Source: Gemmatimonadota bacterium (GTDB lineage: Bacteria; Gemmatimonadota; Gemmatimonadetes; Palauibacterales; Palauibacteraceae). From it: a stretch of DNA of 64,000 nucleotides. Each line of letters begins with the position of its first letter. The stretch's first letter is position 1. Position numbers and translations under genes: made by a program. The stretch is from contig OZ220691.1 in assembly GCA_965116475.1 (NCBI GenBank), positions 96,001 to 160,000 of the forward strand, in the 5' to 3' direction. The notes below the pieces were generated by a model that saw nothing but the letters and a program-made list of their open reading frames with translations, was not told the DNA's origin and ran no database searches. Positions 1-9,225 of this stretch are shown piece after piece.

Positions 1-5
1 CTTCG

Positions 6-1451
6 TCACCCTCGCTCGCGGACGCGCAGCCATTCGTGGACGAGCCGGACGCCGACCCCGGTGGCGCCCTTCGGCTGCCAGCCCCGCGCCTCCTTCGCCC
101 ACGCCGTGCCGGCGATGTCGAGGTGGGCCCAGGGCACGTCGTCCGACACGAACTCGCGCAGGAACCAGCCCGCGGTGATCGTGCCCGCGCCCCGGCCGCC
201 GATGTTCTTGATATCCGCGATGTCGGAGTCGAGCTGCGCCCGATACGCCTTCCACAGCGGGAGGGGCCATGTCCGTTCCCCGGTCGCGTCGCCGGCTTCC
301 GACAGCTCGTCGGCGATGCCCCGGCCGTTCGCGAGCACGGCCACCGCGTGGTGGCCGAGCGCGATGACGCAGGCGCCGGTCAGGGTGGCCATGTCGACGA
401 TCGCCACCGGGTCGAGCCGCTGCGCGTAGGTGAGGGCGTCGGACAGGATGAGCCGGCCCTCCGCGTCCGTGTTGATGACCTCGATCGACGTCCCCGACAG
501 GCCGCGGATCACGTCCCCCGGCTTCACGGCATCCCCCGCCGGGAGGTTCTCCGTCGCGGGCACGAGGCCGATCACGCGCTGCGGGATGTCGAGGCGCGTC
601 GCCGCGATCATCACCCCGAACACGGCCGCGGCGCCCGCCATGTCGTACTTCATGTCCTCCATGCCCGAGGCGGGCTTGAGCGAGATCCCTCCCGCATCGA
701 AGGTGACGCCCTTGCCGACGACGACGACGGGGTCGCCCCCCGATCCCTCATGCTCCATCTCGATGAAGCGCGGCTCCTCGACGGATCCGCGGGCCACCGT
801 GAGGAGGCCCCCGAACCCCTCCTCCTCCAGCCGCGCCCGATCCCGCACCTCGACCCGGAAGCCGTGTTCCTCCGCCAGCCGCTCCGCCTCCGCCGCCAGG
901 TAGCGCGGCGTCGCCACGTTGCCCGGCAGCGTCACGAGTTCGCGGGTGGCGTTCTGCGCCTCGGCGAGCACGCGGCCCCGCCGCACGGCGGCTTCGGCCT
1001 CGCGGTCGGCCCGGCCCACCGCGAGGAGGACCCGCTCGCCGGGCGCGGCGGTGCGGCCTTCCGCGTCGCGGAGCCCGTCGTAACGCCAGTCCCCGAGGGC
1101 GAGCCCTTCGGCGGACGCCTGCCACACCGTGCCGTCCGCCGTCTCCGGCACGCGGAACCCGACGGACCCGAGGCCCCGCTCGCGCGCCGCTCTGACCCCG
1201 GCCCCCGCCGCCCGCCGGCACGACTCGGCCCGCGGTCTCGCTCCGGCATCGAGGCGCACCACGAAGAGGTCCGGGGTCTCCGCGGCTCCGAGCCGCGCCC
1301 AGGCCGACGCCTCACCGGAACGTCCATGGCCCTCCAGCCACGCGGCCGCCGGGCCTTCCCACCACTCTCCCGTCGACTCCGCGTCATCGAACCACGGGAC
1401 CACGAGAGCGTCCAGTTCCCGTTCGACGGGTATCCCCGAGCGTATTTCCAC
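6..1451 (-). CDS. pepA: Leucyl aminopeptidase (M17)
   Basis: M17 motifs VGKGVTFDAGGISLKP, MKYDMAG, NTDAEGRLIL and WAHLDIAGT. Start trimmed to GTG 1451 (or 1457) after an AAGGAAGG RBS; the longer ORF-track N-terminus overlaps citrate synthase. Confidence 0.93.
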   Translation of the reverse strand: MEIRSGIPVERELDALVVPWFDDAESTGEWWEGPAAAWLEGHGRSGEASAWARLGAAETPDLFVVRLDAGARPRAESCRRAAGAGVRAARERGLGSVGFRVPETADGTVWQASAEGLALGDWRYDGLRDAEGRTAAPGERVLLAVGRADREAEAAVRRGRVLAEAQNATRELVTLPGNVATPRYLAAEAERLAEEHGFRVEVRDRARLEEEGFGGLLTVARGSVEEPRFIEMEHEGSGGDPVVVVGKGVTFDAGGISLKPASGMEDMKYDMAGAAAVFGVMIAATRLDIPQRVIGLVPATENLPAGDAVKPGDVIRGLSGTSIEVINTDAEGRLILSDALTYAQRLDPVAIVDMATLTGACVIALGHHAVAVLANGRGIADELSEAGDATGERTWPLPLWKAYRAQLDSDIADIKNIGGRGAGTITAGWFLREFVSDDVPWAHLDIAGTAWAKEARGWQPKGATGVGVRLVHEWLRVRERG

Positions 1452-1460
1452 CGACACCTT

Positions 1461-1503
1461 CCTTGTCTCGACCCTCGACCCTTGTCTCGACCCTTGTCTC
1501 AAC
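1461..1503. repeat. Short tandem repeat CCTTGTCTCGAC x3 with one 7-bp partial unit
   Basis: Read directly: 1461-1472, partial 1473-1479, 1480-1491, 1492-1503 (one mismatch). Abuts the pepA RBS. Confidence 0.85.
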
Positions 1504-1618
1504 GAAAGAAGCGGGCTCGGCAGCCCCCTGGAGGCCTGCGGCCCGCTTCCGTTGGCGTGATGGCCGGCGCCGGACGCGGCGGGCCCCGGCCCCTTCCGCG
1601 ACTTCGGCTCAGCGCCCG

Positions 1619-2743
1619 TCAGCGCTCGTCCATCGGCACCCAGCGCAGGTCCATCTCCCCCACATACTCCGCACGCGGACGAATGAGCCGGTTGTCGGCG
1701 TGCTGCTCCATGACATGCGCCGTCCAGCCGCCCATCCGTCCCATTGCGAAGAGCGGCGTGTAGAGGTCGATCGGAATGCCGAGCGCGTAGTAGACGGTGG
1801 CGCAGTAGAAGTCGACGTTCGGGTTGATCCCCTTCTCGGAGATCATCCTGTCCTCGAGCTTGCGGGACATCTCGTAGAATTTCCCGAGGCCCGCCTGCTG
1901 CGTGAGCACGCGGGACATCTCGCGCAGGTGCGTCGCCCGCGGATCCTCCGTCTTGTAGACGCGGTGGCCGAAGCCCATGATCTTCCGCTTCTCGGCGAAG
2001 GCCCGGTCGAGCCACGGTCCGACGTTCTCCGTGTCGCCGATCTCGAGCAGCGTGTGCATGGCCCGGGCGTTCGCTCCGCCGTGCAACTCGCCCTTCAGCG
2101 CCCCGACACCCCCCGTCACGGCCGAGTGCATGTCCCCGAGCGTGGCGGCGATGACGCGGCAGGCGAACGTCGAGGCGTTGAATCCGTGGTCGAGGTACAG
2201 AAGCAGCGTCCGGTCGAGCGCGTCGACGGCCTCCGCCGTTCCGGGCTCGCCGTTCGCCATCCTCACGAAGTCGGCGGAGAGCGAGAGCGACGGGTCGGGC
2301 TCCAGCGGCTCCAGTCCCTGACGAATGCGGTGGATCGCCGCAATGATCGTGGGAGTCCGCGCGACGAGCCGCTCCGCCTTGCGCCGGTTCGCCTCGATCG
2401 AGTTGTCCTCGGCGTCCGGATCGTACACGCCCTCGAGGGATACCCCCGTCCGAAGGGCGGCCATGGGCACGGTCTCCGCGGGGAGATCCTTCAGGCCGTC
2501 GATCGTTCGCGGATCCAGCGCGCGCTGCGCGGCGAGCGCCGTTTCGAACTCGTCGAGTTCCGAACGCTTCGGCAGGCGCCCGTTCCAGAGCAGGAACACG
2601 CTCTCCGGGAACGAGACGTTGGGCGCGAGTTCGTGGATGTTGTAGCCCCGATAGACGAGGATGCCCTTGAGTCCGTCAATGAAGCTGAGGTGAGTCTGCG
2701 AGGCGACGACGCCTTCTAGTCCTTTCCCGGCGGCGGCGGTCAT
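1619..2743 (-). CDS. gltA: Citrate synthase / 2-methylcitrate synthase family
   Basis: GLEGVV, DHGFNASTF, LKGELHGGAN, IMGFGHRVYK and PNVDFY motifs. The gltA versus prpC distinction cannot be resolved by eye. Confidence 0.9.
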   Translation of the reverse strand: MTAAAGKGLEGVVASQTHLSFIDGLKGILVYRGYNIHELAPNVSFPESVFLLWNGRLPKRSELDEFETALAAQRALDPRTIDGLKDLPAETVPMAALRTGVSLEGVYDPDAEDNSIEANRRKAERLVARTPTIIAAIHRIRQGLEPLEPDPSLSLSADFVRMANGEPGTAEAVDALDRTLLLYLDHGFNASTFACRVIAATLGDMHSAVTGGVGALKGELHGGANARAMHTLLEIGDTENVGPWLDRAFAEKRKIMGFGHRVYKTEDPRATHLREMSRVLTQQAGLGKFYEMSRKLEDRMISEKGINPNVDFYCATVYYALGIPIDLYTPLFAMGRMGGWTAHVMEQHADNRLIRPRAEYVGEMDLRWVPMDER

Positions 2744-2791
2744 TCTTTCACGAGGCCTTTCGGTATGGCGCGGGGGTCACCGCGCGGAAGG

Positions 2792-2842
2792 CCAGCAGCC
2801 CGTGGCAAGAGCCCCGGCGCGGGGTTTGCCGCGGACTGCTAG
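2792..2842. repeat. Imperfect palindromic element (REP/MITE-like) ending in CTAG
   Basis: Left arm CCAGCAGCCCGTGGCAAGAGCCCCG pairs with right arm CGGGGTTTGCCGCGGACTGCTAG. The CTAG supplies the stop of the 2839-3090 gene. The arm recurs exactly (16 bp) at 35684-35699. Confidence 0.6.
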
Positions 2843-3090
2843 CGGATGGCGGGATCGAGTGTCGCTTCCTTGAAGTGCTTCTTGAGATCATCGAGACTGA
2901 GCTGCTCGAACGAACCCTGCGGGAGCCGGAGCCGCCGCTGGGTCTGGTACGGGTCGGAGAAACAGACGAACACGACCGCTTCGAAATCGTCGGGCGGAGC
3001 CTTTTCGTTCGGATCGGGCCAGAAAACCTCGCGGGAAGCGAGCCATGCTTTCCACCGGCGTCCGTCGTCATCCTGGAAGGTCTTTGTCAT
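2839..3090 (-). CDS. Small hypothetical protein (83 aa, MTKTFQDDDGRRW...)
   Basis: ATG at 3090 with a GAGGTGG RBS, natural-looking composition, and it fills the intergenic gap. Confidence 0.75.
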   Translation of the reverse strand: MTKTFQDDDGRRWKAWLASREVFWPDPNEKAPPDDFEAVVFVCFSDPYQTQRRLRLPQGSFEQLSLDDLKKHFKEATLDPAIR

Positions 3091-3264
3091 TTCCACCTCT
3101 GGCAGCCGGGACGGGTCACTCGCAAACGGGCAACGGGACGTTTCCGGCCTGGATACGCATTCCTGGATACGCATTCATCGCAGCCAAGAAAGATAGCGTG
3201 CGATCACGGAATCGGGAAGAAGGTTCGCGGCTCCGAGGGACCGGCGAATGCGGCCTGATTCGGA

Positions 3265-3402
3265 TCAACCCGGCGGGACCTCCCCGTCCGGCGCATCGGG
3301 CGCGGGGAGCCGGCATGCGAACGCGAAACCGCCGCCCATGAGAAGGCCCACGAGCAGTCCGAGCAGAATCGTCACGAGGACGTAGTACAGTGTGATAGTC
3401 AT
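3265..3402 (-). CDS. Putative 45-aa single-TM membrane protein (MTITLYYVLVTILLGLLVGLLMGGGFAFAC...)
   Basis: Strong hydrophobic helix at the C-terminal end of ORF 3265..4404. ATG at 3402 is preceded by CATTCT-6nt (possible leaderless -10). Confidence 0.5.
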   Translation of the reverse strand: MTITLYYVLVTILLGLLVGLLMGGGFAFACRLPAPDAPDGEVPPG

Positions 3403-3467
3403 GCGGGAAGAATGTCGGATCTGACCGCGGATGTCCAGCGCGTGGCGGGCCGCGGCAGAACCCCGCG

Positions 3468-4232
3468 TCAGCGCGGAGAGCGGTGCAGGCGGCGGAGAAC
3501 GCGTTGCTGAAAGGCAATCCGTTCCATGACCCGGTCGACGATCTGCTGGGCGCTCTTCCGCGAACGGCCCTCGGAGGCCAGGTCGTCGTACCGCACGGGC
3601 CGGCCCACGTAGATGGACACCCGCTGCCCGATCCGCGGCAGGCGGGAGCCGATCGGCAGCACGCGGTCCAGTCCGTCCAGCGTGATCGGAACCACGTGCG
3701 GACGGGTTTGGAGGATGACCATGCCGGCACCGGCCCGCCCGCGTCCGACCTCCCCGTTTCGTGAGCGCGTCCCCTCCGGGAAGAGCGTGAGTATGCCCGC
3801 CCGGAGCACGTTCGCCGAGCGGATCATCGCCCTCAGGTCGCGGCGGCCGCGCCGAACCGGAATGCACTGGAACTGGTGGAACACCCAGCCAAAAAACGGG
3901 TTCTTGAAAAAGTTCTCCGCCGCGGCCGCATTCCAGGGCGCGAGGTGCGGCCTGAATGTCTTTTCCGGGAAGAACAGGTAGTAGGCGATGGGAAACGAGT
4001 CGATCATCGACTGGTGATTCGAGAGGACGAGGGTGTTCGGAAGGTGCGGGACGCGGCCGCGGCCGTAGACCCGCGTTCGATTGAGGAGACCGAAGAGAAG
4101 GAAGACCAGGGGTGGGGCCACGAGGTTCGTGATGACCCAGCGAGTGGCCGGCGTCAGCCACCGCGTGATCGGGCCCGGGGCCCAGTCCGGAGGCGATGCG
4201 CTCGCCCGCTTCGGGTTCTCGCGATCCATCAT
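3468..4232 (-). CDS. plsC: Lysophospholipid acyltransferase (PlsC family)
   Basis: NHQSMID (HX4D) and FPEGTRS motifs. Start set at ATG 4232, preceded by TACTCT-6nt. Confidence 0.88.
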   Translation of the reverse strand: MMDRENPKRASASPPDWAPGPITRWLTPATRWVITNLVAPPLVFLLFGLLNRTRVYGRGRVPHLPNTLVLSNHQSMIDSFPIAYYLFFPEKTFRPHLAPWNAAAAENFFKNPFFGWVFHQFQCIPVRRGRRDLRAMIRSANVLRAGILTLFPEGTRSRNGEVGRGRAGAGMVILQTRPHVVPITLDGLDRVLPIGSRLPRIGQRVSIYVGRPVRYDDLASEGRSRKSAQQIVDRVMERIAFQQRVLRRLHRSPR

Positions 4233-4327
4233 CGCCTGAGAGTAGGTTGCCCCGGAATCGGCGGGAAGGCCGGGCGGCCGAAACGCCACCGAACCACGGA
4301 GATCTGGAGCCAGCGCGCGTGCGAAAG

Positions 4328-5563
4328 ATGGATCTTGCCATCATCGGAGGAGGGCCGGTCGGGCTCGAGGCCGCGGCGCGCGCCGCCCGCATGGGCCTCG
4401 CCACCGTCCTGTTCGAGGCCGGCGAGGTGGCGGATCACGTCCGCGCCTGGGGCTGGCTGCGGCTTTTCTCCCCCTTCGAGTGGAACGCGGGACCGGCGGG
4501 GCTGGAGGTGCTGCGCGGCCAGGGGGGCGAACTGCCGGCGGCGGAGGCGTTGCTCACGGGCGCGGAGTTGCGCGCACACTATCTGTTGCCCCTGGCCGCG
4601 GCCCTGCGGTCGCGCGTGGAGGTCCGCGAGGGCGCGCGCGTACGGGATGTCGCCCGGGCGGACCGGCTGAAGGGCGAGGCGCTCGGCGAGGCCGCCCGGG
4701 CCGAACAGCCCTTCCGGCTGCTCGTGGAGGAGAGCGGGGCCGAGACCGAGGCGTTCGCCCGGGCCGTGTTCGACTGCTCGGGGACGTACGGGCAGCCCAA
4801 CTGGGCGGGCCCGGGCGGCACGCCGGCTATCGGCGAGCGATCCGCGCGGCGCGCGATCGAGTACTGCATCCCGGATGTGCTCGGCGCCCAGCGCGGGCGC
4901 TACGCGGCGCGGCGCACGCTCCTCCTCGGGAACGGACATTCCGCCGCTACGACCGCGTGCGGCCTCGGGGCGCTGGCCCGGGCCGTGCCGGGGACACGGT
5001 TCACCTGGGCCAGCCGCGAGGCGCACGGCGTCCCGCTGCGGGCGATCCCCGACGATCCACTCCCCGAGCGGGTGAGGCTCACGCGCCGCGCCAACGCGAT
5101 CGCGGCCGAACCGCCCCCCGGTTGCGAGTGGCTCTCGCAGAGTCGCATGCTCGCCGTCCGGCAGGTCGAGTCGCGGGGACTCGAGGTCGACCTGGAGGTC
5201 GCCGGGGACGTCCGGCGCGACCGTTTCGACCGGATCGTGGCCAACGTCGGCTACGAACCCGACGACCGCCTGTATCGTCAGCTCCAGGTGCACGCCTGCT
5301 ACGCGTCCCTCGGCCCGATGGGCGTCTCCGCGGCGCTCCTCGCCGCCCAGGATCCCCGGGAAGACGCGCCGGCGGACTGCTGTATCGGGTCGGACGCGCT
5401 CGGGCCCGACACGCTGCGCAACCCGGAACCCGGCTTCTTCATCCTGGGCGCCAAGAGCTTCGGCAAGAACTCCGCCTTCCTCATGCGGACGGGGTACGAG
5501 CAGGTCGCCGACGCGTTCTCGCTCCTCGGATGGAACGCCGCGCGCGCGACCGGGGCACGCTGA
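4328..5563 (+). CDS. FAD/NAD(P)-dependent oxidoreductase (flavoprotein monooxygenase-like)
   Basis: N-terminal IIGGGPVG Rossmann motif, DCSGTY, second GNGHSA motif, and C-terminal GAKSFGKNSAFLMRTGYEQV. Confidence 0.8.
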   Translation: MDLAIIGGGPVGLEAAARAARMGLATVLFEAGEVADHVRAWGWLRLFSPFEWNAGPAGLEVLRGQGGELPAAEALLTGAELRAHYLLPLAAALRSRVEVREGARVRDVARADRLKGEALGEAARAEQPFRLLVEESGAETEAFARAVFDCSGTYGQPNWAGPGGTPAIGERSARRAIEYCIPDVLGAQRGRYAARRTLLLGNGHSAATTACGLGALARAVPGTRFTWASREAHGVPLRAIPDDPLPERVRLTRRANAIAAEPPPGCEWLSQSRMLAVRQVESRGLEVDLEVAGDVRRDRFDRIVANVGYEPDDRLYRQLQVHACYASLGPMGVSAALLAAQDPREDAPADCCIGSDALGPDTLRNPEPGFFILGAKSFGKNSAFLMRTGYEQVADAFSLLGWNAARATGAR

Positions 5564-5591
5564 CGCAGCCGGCCGTTTCAGCCCGCGAGGC

Positions 5592-7301
5592 TCACATCCG
5601 CTTGTAGGTCGGGCCGCTGCCGCCCTCCCGCGGCGTCCAGCGCGGACCGAGGACATCGGTCGCCTTGCAGTCGATGCAGTTCGGCGCGTTCACGACCAGG
5701 CGGTCGCCGTCGCGCTCGTACACGCCCGCCGGGCAGAGGCTGGCGTACAGCTCCGCCATCTCCGGCGACACCTCGGTGCCTGCTGCCGTGCCCCCCCCCG
5801 CGCCCGGCTCCGCGTCCGTCAGGAGGTGCGAGGGGATGTCGTCGCGGGTCGCGTTTCCGGAGCGGAAGACCGCGTCGACCTTGGCGACGGCGTGCTCGCC
5901 GTCGTACGCGGACTCGAGCCCCAGCCGCTTGCGACGAGGGCCCGCCGCGTCGGGCTCGCTCGGGATCCGGCCGCCGGGGAACGTGCCGCCCGTGGCCTGC
6001 ATGAGCCCCGCCTTGACGCCCCCGGCGAAGAAGCCGGACTTGAAGGCGAGCCGCTGGTTCCGGTTGCGGTACAGCGGGTCCTGGATGAGGCCCTCCCTCA
6101 GCGCCGCGTCGTAGGATGCCAATCGAGCCGCCGGGATCGCGCCGTCGGCCCCGTCTCGCCGGCCCGACAGCGCTCGGCCGATCGTGTCCGCCGCTAGGAC
6201 GCCCGACCGCATCGCGTAGTGGATGCCCTTGAGGGAGGCGACGTCGACGAGTCCCGCGGCATCTCCCGTGATGAGCAGGCCGTCCCCGCTCAGGCGGTCG
6301 GGGATGGCGTGGTATCCGCCCTCGGGGATCGTCTTCGCTCCCCACTCCACGAGTTCGCCCCCGGCCAGGATCTCGCGCACCAGCGGGTGCTGCTTGAAGC
6401 GCTGCAGCAGCGCGTGCACGTCGAGGTCGACGTACGGCGCCTCGAGACCCACGACGAGGCCCAGCGACACGAGGTTCTCGCCCATGGGATAGATGAAGCT
6501 GCCCCCGAACGCATCCCGCGGCAGCGGCCAGCCCATGGTGTGGGTGACCGCGTCGGGCGGCTGCTCGACCTCCCACAGTTCCTTGACGCCGAGCGCAAAG
6601 ATCTGCGGGTTCGCCGAGGCGACGCCCTCGCGCTCCAGCCAGGCCTGGCTCAGGGGGCCGCGGGTCCCCTCGGCGAGGACGGTGACGCGCGCGGAGAGGT
6701 CGGTGGCCGGCATGTAGCCGCCTGCCGGGTTTCCCTCCCGGTCGAGGCCGGCGGGCGTCGTGCGGACGCCCACGACCTGCCCGCTGCGCATGAGGAGCGC
6801 GTCGGCGGGGAATCCCGTGAACACGTTCACTCCCAGTTCCTCCGCCTGCGCACCCAGCCAGCGCACGATCTCGCAGATCGAGGCCACGTGGTGGCCGTGG
6901 TTCCGCATCGAGGGCGGAGTCGGGAGGCGGATCCTGCCGCGTTCCGTGAGGAGCAGCACGCGGTCGCCCGCCACGCGGCCCCGGAGGGGAAGCTCCGCCT
7001 CGTCGAGGTCCGGGAAGAGCGTGCGAAACGCTTCGGGGTTCACGACGGCCCCGGAGAGGCAGTGCTCACCGAGTTCGCCCGACTTCTCGAGGACGCCGAT
7101 CTCGAGATCGGCGAGCGGCCCGCCCTCGGCGCGGTGGCGGGCCGCGAGTTGCGCCAGCCGGATCGCCCCGGCGAGCCCGGCCGGACCGCCGCCCACGAAG
7201 AGGACGTCCAGCGGCACGGCCTCCGGGTCGGGATCCTCCTCGACGATGAAGCGCGCGCGAGGCAGCGGTTGCTGCGCGGACGCGGGAATCAGCAGTTTCA
7301 C
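5592..7301 (-). CDS. Electron transfer flavoprotein-ubiquinone oxidoreductase
   Basis: VGGGPAGLA, LSGAV, GAKTIPEGG, KGIHYAM and a C-terminal CPAGVYE...NCIDCK Fe-S region. Confidence 0.9.
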   Translation of the reverse strand: MKLLIPASAQQPLPRARFIVEEDPDPEAVPLDVLFVGGGPAGLAGAIRLAQLAARHRAEGGPLADLEIGVLEKSGELGEHCLSGAVVNPEAFRTLFPDLDEAELPLRGRVAGDRVLLLTERGRIRLPTPPSMRNHGHHVASICEIVRWLGAQAEELGVNVFTGFPADALLMRSGQVVGVRTTPAGLDREGNPAGGYMPATDLSARVTVLAEGTRGPLSQAWLEREGVASANPQIFALGVKELWEVEQPPDAVTHTMGWPLPRDAFGGSFIYPMGENLVSLGLVVGLEAPYVDLDVHALLQRFKQHPLVREILAGGELVEWGAKTIPEGGYHAIPDRLSGDGLLITGDAAGLVDVASLKGIHYAMRSGVLAADTIGRALSGRRDGADGAIPAARLASYDAALREGLIQDPLYRNRNQRLAFKSGFFAGGVKAGLMQATGGTFPGGRIPSEPDAAGPRRKRLGLESAYDGEHAVAKVDAVFRSGNATRDDIPSHLLTDAEPGAGGGTAAGTEVSPEMAELYASLCPAGVYERDGDRLVVNAPNCIDCKATDVLGPRWTPREGGSGPTYKRM

Positions 7302-8473
7302 CGCGGCGTCCCGAGCACGCCCGCCTCGCGGAGCAGTTGCAGCGTGGGTTCGAGCGGGAGCGATTCGATCGTCCGTCCCCCGTGCCCCGTCACGGACGTG
7401 GCCCGGAACAGGGAGTTGATGACGGCTTCGTCCGTCGCCTCGACCACGGCCTCGAACACGCGCGACAACGCGCCGCCGCCCCGAACGGCCTCCCCCTCGC
7501 CCTCCGCCTCCCCCGTCGAGAAGGCGATCGCGTAGTCGCCGGAGCCGTGCGACATGTACGACCCGGTGCGGGCGAGCCCCATGAACGAGCGGTCGGCCAC
7601 CCGGTCGAGTTCGCGGTGGGCCAGCGGCAGATCCGTCGCGATCACGATCATCACGGAGCCGTCGCCGTGGTCACCCTGGTCGCGCGCGCCGCGCAGACCG
7701 GCCGCGGCGAGCTTTTCGCCCACGCGCACGCCGTCGATCCGCAGCGCGCCGCCGAAGTTGCTCTGCACGAGCACGCCGACGGTCACGACCCGCCCACCGA
7801 TCTCCACCCGCCGCGACGAGGTCCCGATGCCGCCCTTCCAGCCGAAGGCGATCGTCCCCGTCCCCGCCCCGACCGTCCCCTCTTCCACGGGACCGCTTGC
7901 CGCCGTCCGCAGCGCCGCGCGCACGTGCTCCGGCCGGATCGGGCGCACGCGGATATCGCTCAGGTACCCGTCGTTCGTCTCGCCGACGACCGGGTTCATC
8001 GAGCGCACGTCGCGGTTCGCCGGGAGCGACAGAAGCGTATCGAGGAGCGCGTCGGCCGCGCGGAAGACGCTCAGCGTCCCGGTGAGGAGGATCGGCGTCT
8101 CGATCTCGCCGAGTTCGTTGACCTGGCTCAACCCGACCAGCTTCCCGAACCCGTTTCCGACCGCGATCGCCGCCCGCACCCGACGCTCGAACACGTTGTC
8201 CCCGTGCGGGAGGATCGCCGTGACCCCCGTCCGGATCGAGTCGCCCACCCACACCGTGCGGTGGCCCACGCGCACTCCGGGCACGTCCGTGATCGCATTC
8301 AGCGGCCCCGTCGGCAGCCGCCCGATGAGAACGCCTGCCTCCCGCGCCCGCGGCCGCTCCCCGCCGGCCGGCTGCCTCTCCTGGCCCATGGCGTCAGCGG
8401 GAGGCAACGCCGTCATCGCCGCGAGAACGAGCGCCGCCGACCCTGCCCTGCTTGCCGCCCTCCTAGTTCTCAC
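7298..8473 (-). CDS. DmpA/P1 (S58) family aminopeptidase with signal peptide
   Basis: GPLNAITDVPGVRVGH, NGFGK, VVGETNDGYL and EEGTVGAGTG motifs; autocleavage G-S in DGSVMIVIATD. GTG start estimated. Confidence 0.88.
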   Translation of the reverse strand: MRTRRAASRAGSAALVLAAMTALPPADAMGQERQPAGGERPRAREAGVLIGRLPTGPLNAITDVPGVRVGHRTVWVGDSIRTGVTAILPHGDNVFERRVRAAIAVGNGFGKLVGLSQVNELGEIETPILLTGTLSVFRAADALLDTLLSLPANRDVRSMNPVVGETNDGYLSDIRVRPIRPEHVRAALRTAASGPVEEGTVGAGTGTIAFGWKGGIGTSSRRVEIGGRVVTVGVLVQSNFGGALRIDGVRVGEKLAAAGLRGARDQGDHGDGSVMIVIATDLPLAHRELDRVADRSFMGLARTGSYMSHGSGDYAIAFSTGEAEGEGEAVRGGGALSRVFEAVVEATDEAVINSLFRATSVTGHGGRTIESLPLEPTLQLLREAGVLGTPR

Positions 8474-9149
8474 TGCTGATGGTCGCCCGCTCGATGTAGT
8501 CCAGTTCGGCGAACTCCGCCTCCAGGTAGGCGTTCCCTTCATCCTGGATCCGCCCCTGGCTCGGCCCGCTCCCGCCGGGCGCCCCCTCGCCGTACCCGGA
8601 GTAGAGCGCGTCCACAACGTCCATACCCTCGATGACCTCCCCGATGGCGGCGAACCCCATCCCATCGAGCCGCGAGTTGTCGCCGAAGTTGATGAAGAGT
8701 TGCGTGCTTCGGCTGTTCGGCATCGACGTCTGCGCGAAGCTGATCCGCCCGCGCGTGTTCCCCACTGCCACGGGATCGTCCTGGATATTCGCGTCCCGCC
8801 ACGCGCTCTGGATCTCCGGATTCCCATTGATCCCGAACTGCGCCATGAAACCGGCGATGACGCGGAAGAACCTCACGTCGTCGAAGAACCCGTTCTCCAC
8901 CAGGTTGTAGAAGCGGTCCACGCCGTTGGGGGCCCACTGGCGGTGCGCCTCCACCACGAACGTGCCCTTCGAAGTCTCGAAGCGAGCCTGGAAAGTCTCC
9001 GGTGCCGTCATGTTCACCTCTGCCGAACTCGGGTCCCCGAGGAATTCGCTCGGCCCACCGCCCGGTTCACAGGCGGTCCCCGCCAGCAGACACCCGAGGA
9101 GCAGCCAACCCGGCCTGAAACCGGACCTGGACAGATGCGACCGTGCCAT
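8463..9149 (-). CDS. Cyclophilin-type peptidyl-prolyl isomerase, lipoprotein
   Basis: FETSKG, WAPNGVDRF, FFRVIAGFMAQFG and RSTQLFIN motifs; LAGTAC lipobox-like sequence. Confidence 0.9.
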   Translation of the reverse strand: MARSHLSRSGFRPGWLLLGCLLAGTACEPGGGPSEFLGDPSSAEVNMTAPETFQARFETSKGTFVVEAHRQWAPNGVDRFYNLVENGFFDDVRFFRVIAGFMAQFGINGNPEIQSAWRDANIQDDPVAVGNTRGRISFAQTSMPNSRSTQLFINFGDNSRLDGMGFAAIGEVIEGMDVVDALYSGYGEGAPGGSGPSQGRIQDEGNAYLEAEFAELDYIERATISSEN

Positions 9150-9225
9150 TCTCGACCCCCATCGGCTTTCGTGTTTCCGTGCGCCCCGCCGGGCCGTTTG
9201 CCACGGCCTGCCGGCGGGCGTGCCG

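Noticed and set aside
1452-2015. Long N-terminal extensions in the ORF track (pepA, DmpA, pheT, pheS, nadK, VPS10 protein, peptidase 3)
   Set aside because: They overlap upstream genes or the tRNA in other frames. Downstream starts with RBS or coupling fit family lengths better.
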